A stretch of 64,000 nt of DNA, taken from assembly GCF_009914755.1 (NCBI RefSeq), contig NC_060930.1, one strand, 5' to 3'. The translations under genes were made by a program, and so were the position numbers. The stretch is from the human T2T-CHM13v2.0 reference genome, Homo sapiens. The stretch's first letter is position 1; the number at the start of each line of letters is the position of its first letter. Positions 57,728 to 64,000 of this stretch are shown piece after piece. Under the pieces are notes generated by a model. The model was not told where the DNA came from. It did not search any database and worked only from the letters and a program-made list of their open reading frames with translations.

Positions 57728-58686
57728 CTTGAAGGCGAGGTTAATTAAATCCTGTTGTGGTGTTTGAGGGCCAGAATTTAATTTTTGGAGTTTTATTTAA
57801 TGTAGGGAGCAGATTGGGTAATAAAATGTATATTGAGAATAAGACGGCCTTTTGACGTTTTAGGGTCTAGGGCTGTAAAGCGTCTGTCTCAGCGTTGCTG
57901 CCGAACGAGCCATGAACTGGGCTGGGTTTTTTATATTTGATGAAAAAGAGCCTAAACGCTATCTGATTTGGGATAAAGAAAAAGGAGCATTAACCTTGAC
58001 TATGCCTTTAGCTCCAGCCACCTTTTTAAGAGTAAATTGCTGGGCAGGTTGGGGAGGGCTAGTCACGGAACGAAACTGTAAGCCGGACCAGGTGTGAGGA
58101 GGGGAGGTGATAAAAGGATTATAGGGTGGAGGAGTGGAGGCTGAGGAAGAATTGGGACCTAGCTCAGCCTGGCCAGGAGGGGAGAGGTCAGATAGGTCTG
58201 TAGAAAAGGAAGATTAGAAAGACTCAGTGACGCTTGGGGTTGGGACTGAGGGGACAGGTGGGAGGGAAAGAAGGAAGACTTGGGATGAGTTGCATTGGGC
58301 ACAGAGACTAGGAAGGGACCGATGTGTAAAAGAATGCCTGGACATCAGGCACCTCAGACCGTTTGCCTATTTTACAACAAGAATTATTTAGATCTTGCAG
58401 GATGGAAACATTGAAAGTGCCATTTTCTGGCTATTTGGAACTACTGTGGAGTTTGTATTGGGGTCAAGCGGCATTGCAGAAGAAAATAAGACGCTTAGAT
58501 TTTAGGTCAGGTGAGAGTTGAAGAGGTTTTAAGTTCTTAAGAACACAGGCTAAGGGAGAAGAAGGAGGAATGGAGGGTGGAAGGTTGCCCATAGTGAAGG
58601 AGGCAAGTTTAAAGAAAAGGGAGAGTAGAGACATGGAAGGAAGCGGTTCGGGGGTTCTTACCCTCCAGAAAAGCGGGAAAGGGGTC

Positions 58687-58930
58687 AGGGCGCAGAGATA
58701 CAAGGTCAGGGCATGGAAATAAGGGATCAGGGCACAGAGATATAAGAGGTTGGGGCATGGAAATAAGGGATTGGGGCACAGAGATATAAGAGGTCGGGGC
58801 ATGGAAATAACGGATTGGGGCACAGAGATAAGAGGTCAGGGTGTGGAAATAAGGGATTGGGGCACAGAGATATAAGAGGTTGGGGTGTGGAAATAAGGGA
58901 TTGGGGTGCAGAGATACAAGGTTGGGGTAC
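58687..58930. repeat. ~42-44-bp tandem repeat (~5.5 units) in the HERV-H leader
   Basis: Unit ggggcacagagatataagaggttggggcatggaaataagggatt. Confidence 0.9.
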
Positions 58931-59513
58931 TTGCCCCTCCTCTAGAAAAGCAGGACTTGCCGCTAAGAGTGAAGGAGAAGGGGTTGGGGGTTTCTTGCCC
59001 CCCAGAAAGGTGGAGAAGGGGTAGAGACACGGAGAGAAGGGGTTGGGGTACTTGCCCCTCCCCCAGAAAAGTGGGACTTGCCGCGAAGGGTGAAGGACCA
59101 AGGCAGGCGTCCCTGCGTGGTCTGACACCTCTGAAACATGGGTGAATAATCAGAGAGGTGTCCCTGCAATGATTAAACACCAAGGGAAGGCTGCCTTCCC
59201 AGTCCGTGACCAGCGCCAGAGTTTTGGGTCCACGGATAAAACATGTCTCCTTTGTCTCTACCAGAAAATGAAAGGAATTGAAATTAAGAGAAGGGAGAGA
59301 TTGAAGTGTGGTGCCAAGATTGAAAGGAGAAAGAGGTTGAGGGATAATGAGAGAGGTTGGAGAAGAGAGTAAAAAGAGGCCACTTACCGGATTTGAAATT
59401 GGTGAGATGTCTCTTGGGCTGGTCGGTTTGAGGACCTGAGGTCGTAGGTGGATCTTTCTCATGGAGCAAAGAGCAGGAGGACAGGGGATTGATCTCCCAA
59501 GGGAGGTCCCCCG

Positions 59514-59531
59514 ATCCGAGTCACAGCACCA
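59514..59531 (-). other. Primer binding site for tRNA-His
   Basis: TGGTGCTGTGACTCGGAT, one C>T change from the tRNA-His complement, 2 nt after the LTR. Confidence 0.9.
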
Positions 59532-59533
59532 AA

Positions 59534-59947
59534 TTTCATGCGCGTCCGTGTGAAGAGACCGCCAAACAGGCTTTGTGTGAGCAACATGGCTGTTTATTTC
59601 ACCTGGGTGCAGGCGGGCTGAGTCCAAAAAGAGAGTCAGCGAAGGGAGATAGGGGTGGGGCCGTTTTATAAGATTTGGGCAGGTAAAGGAAAATTACAGT
59701 CAAAGGGGGTTTGTTCTCTGGTGAGCAGGAGTGGGGGTCACAGGGTGCTCAGTGGGGGAGCTTTTGAGCCAGGATTAACCAGGAGAAGTAATTTCACAAG
59801 ACAATGTCATCAGTTAAGGCAGGAACAGGCCATTTTCACTTCTTTTGTGGTGGAATGTCATCAGTTAAGGCAGGAACTGGCCATCTGGATGTGTACGTGC
59901 AGGTCACAGGGGATATGATGGCTCAGCTTGGGCTCAGAGGCCTGACA
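59534..59947 (-). promoter_or_regulatory. HERV-H 5' LTR7 promoter
   Basis: TGTCAGGCCTCTGAG...GCGCATGAAA on the minus strand; TATAAAA at 59664-59670; ACAAAAGA SOX-like motif at 59841-59848. Confidence 0.8.
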
Positions 59948-60171
59948 AAGAGTTTGACATCAGCCTGGGCAACATGGTGAAACCGTGTCTCTATAAAAAA
60001 TACAAAAAAATTAGCTGAGCATGGTGATGCACACCTGTAGTCCCAGCTCCTTGGGGGACTGAGGTGGGAGGATCACTTGAGCTGGGGAGGTTGAGGCTGC
60101 AGTGAGCCAAAATTGTGCCACTGCACTACAGCCTGGACAACAGAGTGAGACCTGTCTCCTCTGATCCCCGC

Positions 60172-60202
<31 letters not shown>

Positions 60203-60895
60203 AGAAAAAGATAAAGATCTGACTTTCCCAGAAATCAGGGGAGAGATGATAGCCAAATCCCTAAACAGGCCCGTTTTCCAAAATAAATAAATAAATAAAC
60301 AGGAGATTCACAGCAACTAATAGAAAGGGACCCAGTCAATCTGAGCCAGCATGATAAGAAAATTCCTTCTGCTTTACCCCATATGAAGAAAGAAACCTGA
60401 AGTAATCTGATGTTAACCAATCCACTTTTTGCACCATTCTGTTTCATTGTTTCTGCTCAAGCTACCTCACAAAAATCAATGTCTTGCCATGCTCCTTGGA
60501 GCTCCTATTTTGTAGAATGGATGCTGCCCAGTTCATGAATTGTTAATAAAAGCCAATTAGATCTTTAAAACTCAATTTGCTAAAATTTTGCTCTTTGACA
60601 GTAGCACTACATTGTACCAACCTGCTCCTCCATATTACAACTACCATCTGAGAAGTTTGGAACCCCAACAGAAGGTTGCTTTCCTGCAAAAATATAGCTG
60701 TTTTACCAACACAGATTTTATAAGATTTGAAACTACTGTACCAGGTTAAGTTGCACAAAGTAGCACTTATCCATGGCCTTTCAGACAATCTCTTATGTGA
60801 AAGGTTACAGAGAGATTGGAATGGTCTTAGCACCTACCACATGTCCTAAAGACACACCAAACTTAAACTAGTGTTTCATTGAAAACCATATTATG

Positions 60896-61506
<611 letters not shown>

Positions 61507-61941
61507 TGTATTATGGCTGCCTCTGGTCAGTAGAATTGTGGGTGAATTAAAATTTTTTCTACATATTTTCCTGTAGTTTCAATTTTTTAAGCAATTTAAC
61601 ATGGGTTGATTTGAGATTAAAAATTATGTTAAACATTTTCTGTTTTACAAATCAGATCATTCCAGCATGGTACAGCTATTCTGGAAAGGAAAGAGCTTAT
61701 GTATCTATCTCCATATAGAGCTTGAAATGCTTCAAGAATATTTTCTGTTGAGTCTATAGTTGGATGCTTAGGACTTTGATACTGAGAAATCCTGGGTACA
61801 GAGAGAATAGAATCAACTTTGAAGTTAATGTAGTGAGCTTATCTAGTTCTGCTGGGACAAAGCAGAAGAGAATGTTTTATTTGGTACAAGCCATTAATAA
61901 GAGAAAACAAAGCAAAACAACTGGAGGTAACTAGAAGGTAA

Positions 61942-62802
<861 letters not shown>

Positions 62803-64000
62803 GATCAAATGAGGTAATACTCCTTTAATTAAAAACTGTTATAATTAAAATGTCACAGCTTTTCCTGATTCTTACAATTAAAGTCTGTTAGCCTCATTCT
62901 GGGGAAAGATGATGAATTTTAATTTTTCAATGAATGATGCAGTATGTGAAGCTATGAATGTGGAAGGCAGTGACGTTAACACACAAGATCACTGCTGTCA
63001 CTTTTCCTGAGGGCCTGAGCCATGAGCTGCTGCTCTTCATAGCACAGATATAGGTCAGCAGTTCTAGGACTGTGACCCAGTCCCTTAACTCCTTGCAGGA
63101 GAGGCAGGGACATACAAAAAAATAAAACTGTGGCTGGTAGATGTGGTGGAAGAGAAAAGTAAGACGGGGAGACAAAAGGGAGGGGGCAGTGGTCTTGTCG
63201 AGAGAGGCTTGGAGCTGCATGTTGTCACCCAGATCTATAGTGTCTTAGCTTTGGGCATGCTTTTAAGAGGTGGGGGCAAGAACTATATGGACAGTGAAAC
63301 CCTGCCATGCATGCAAGTGAAGTCTGAAAATTTCAATTGTCCTAATGTGAGTGGATAAAACCATTTTTTCAGTCTGTATTCTCACAAAAAGCACAGAAAT
63401 AAAGTGAAACTTATATACAACTGACTATACAAGGAACTCAAAGTTTCAGATGATCAAGGCTATCTCTTCCTAAGGCCTCCATGCCCACCCTTCCTAACTT
63501 TCCGTCTCCCCAGGAAGACAACATCTTCCCACCCTTTGAGGGCAGGGCTGCTCTGAGGATGGGAACCATTCACAGTGTAGCCAAATTTCTCTTATCCATG
63601 TTGGCTCCACTACTGGGTGTGTTACTGGGAGTTTACCATGGGTGTAGGGATGAACTGGGTGGAGCTCTGTTCTTCCCATTGCCTCCTCTGTCACTCTCCC
63701 AGAATCCTCTGAGGCCCTTGAGCCTTTCCGGTGGTGGCATTGTGGTTGTTTTCCGGGTTGATGGCCTTCCTCTATCCAGTCTTCTGGGCTCATGTTTGTT
63801 TAACTCATTTATTCATTAACTCATTTGTTCACCAAATGGGCACCTGTCCTGTGCAAAGCAGGTGCTATGAGCTAGAGCTACAAACAGAAATAAACACAAG
63901 CTCTTGCTGGCTCTTTGAGAATTCACCATCTTTAAAAGTACAAATACAAGGACATATCAAGCATTTAGTGTGCACCAAATGCTGCTCCAAACATTTGATA

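Larger units (their letters stand above)
54141..59947 (-). mobile_element. Complete HERV-H provirus (5.8-kb deleted RTVL-H type) with LTR7
   Basis: 5' LTR 59534-59947, 3' LTR 54141-54552, tRNA-His PBS, PPT 54553-54565, TSD aagag at 54136-54140 and 59948-59952; gag/pro/pol remnants, no intact env. Confidence 0.96.
54066..60212 (+). mobile_element. AluJ split by HERV-H (54066-54140 and 59948-60212)
   Basis: Halves join across aagag; TSD aagatctgaccttcc 54051-54065 / aagatctgactttcc 60214-60228. Confidence 0.88.
53917..60600 (+). mobile_element. ERV1/MER4-group solo LTR split by AluJ and HERV-H
   Basis: Pieces 53917-54065 (tgttaaataaaa...) and 60214-60600 (...aataaaagccaattagatc...tttgaca). 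Confidence 0.65.

Noticed and set aside
58687-58930. CRISPR-like array
   Set aside because: Head-to-tail tandem units without unique spacers, inside an ERV in eukaryotic DNA.
59514-59531. tRNA-His gene
   Set aside because: Only the 18-nt retroviral primer binding site; no cloverleaf.

Overview
Primate (human-like) genomic DNA, not prokaryotic. The only host coding feature is the terminal exon of FIG4/SAC3 (PI(3,5)P2 5-phosphatase; acceptor AG 23448-23449, coding 23450-23627, AATAAA 23770-23775). Bases 1-23449 are the distal part of its last intron and the rest is 3' flank. The window is dense in transposons: Alus, L1, L2/MIR, Charlie/Tigger, THE1 solo LTRs, a full THE1A provirus, a 5'-truncated HERV-L/MLT2A and a complete 5.8-kb HERV-H provirus inserted into an AluJ. 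The most unusual signal is five local copy events of different ages within about 30 kb that independent repeat insertions do not explain: a 76-bp copy in an L1M tail, a ~570-bp duplicate of the intron just upstream of the last FIG4 exon, a 219-bp inverted repeat, a 113-bp fold-back over an L1 twin-priming junction and a 188-bp copy dropped into a (TA)n tract. Repeat subfamily names come from recalled consensus sequences and mismatch counts from by-eye alignment; no database was searched.
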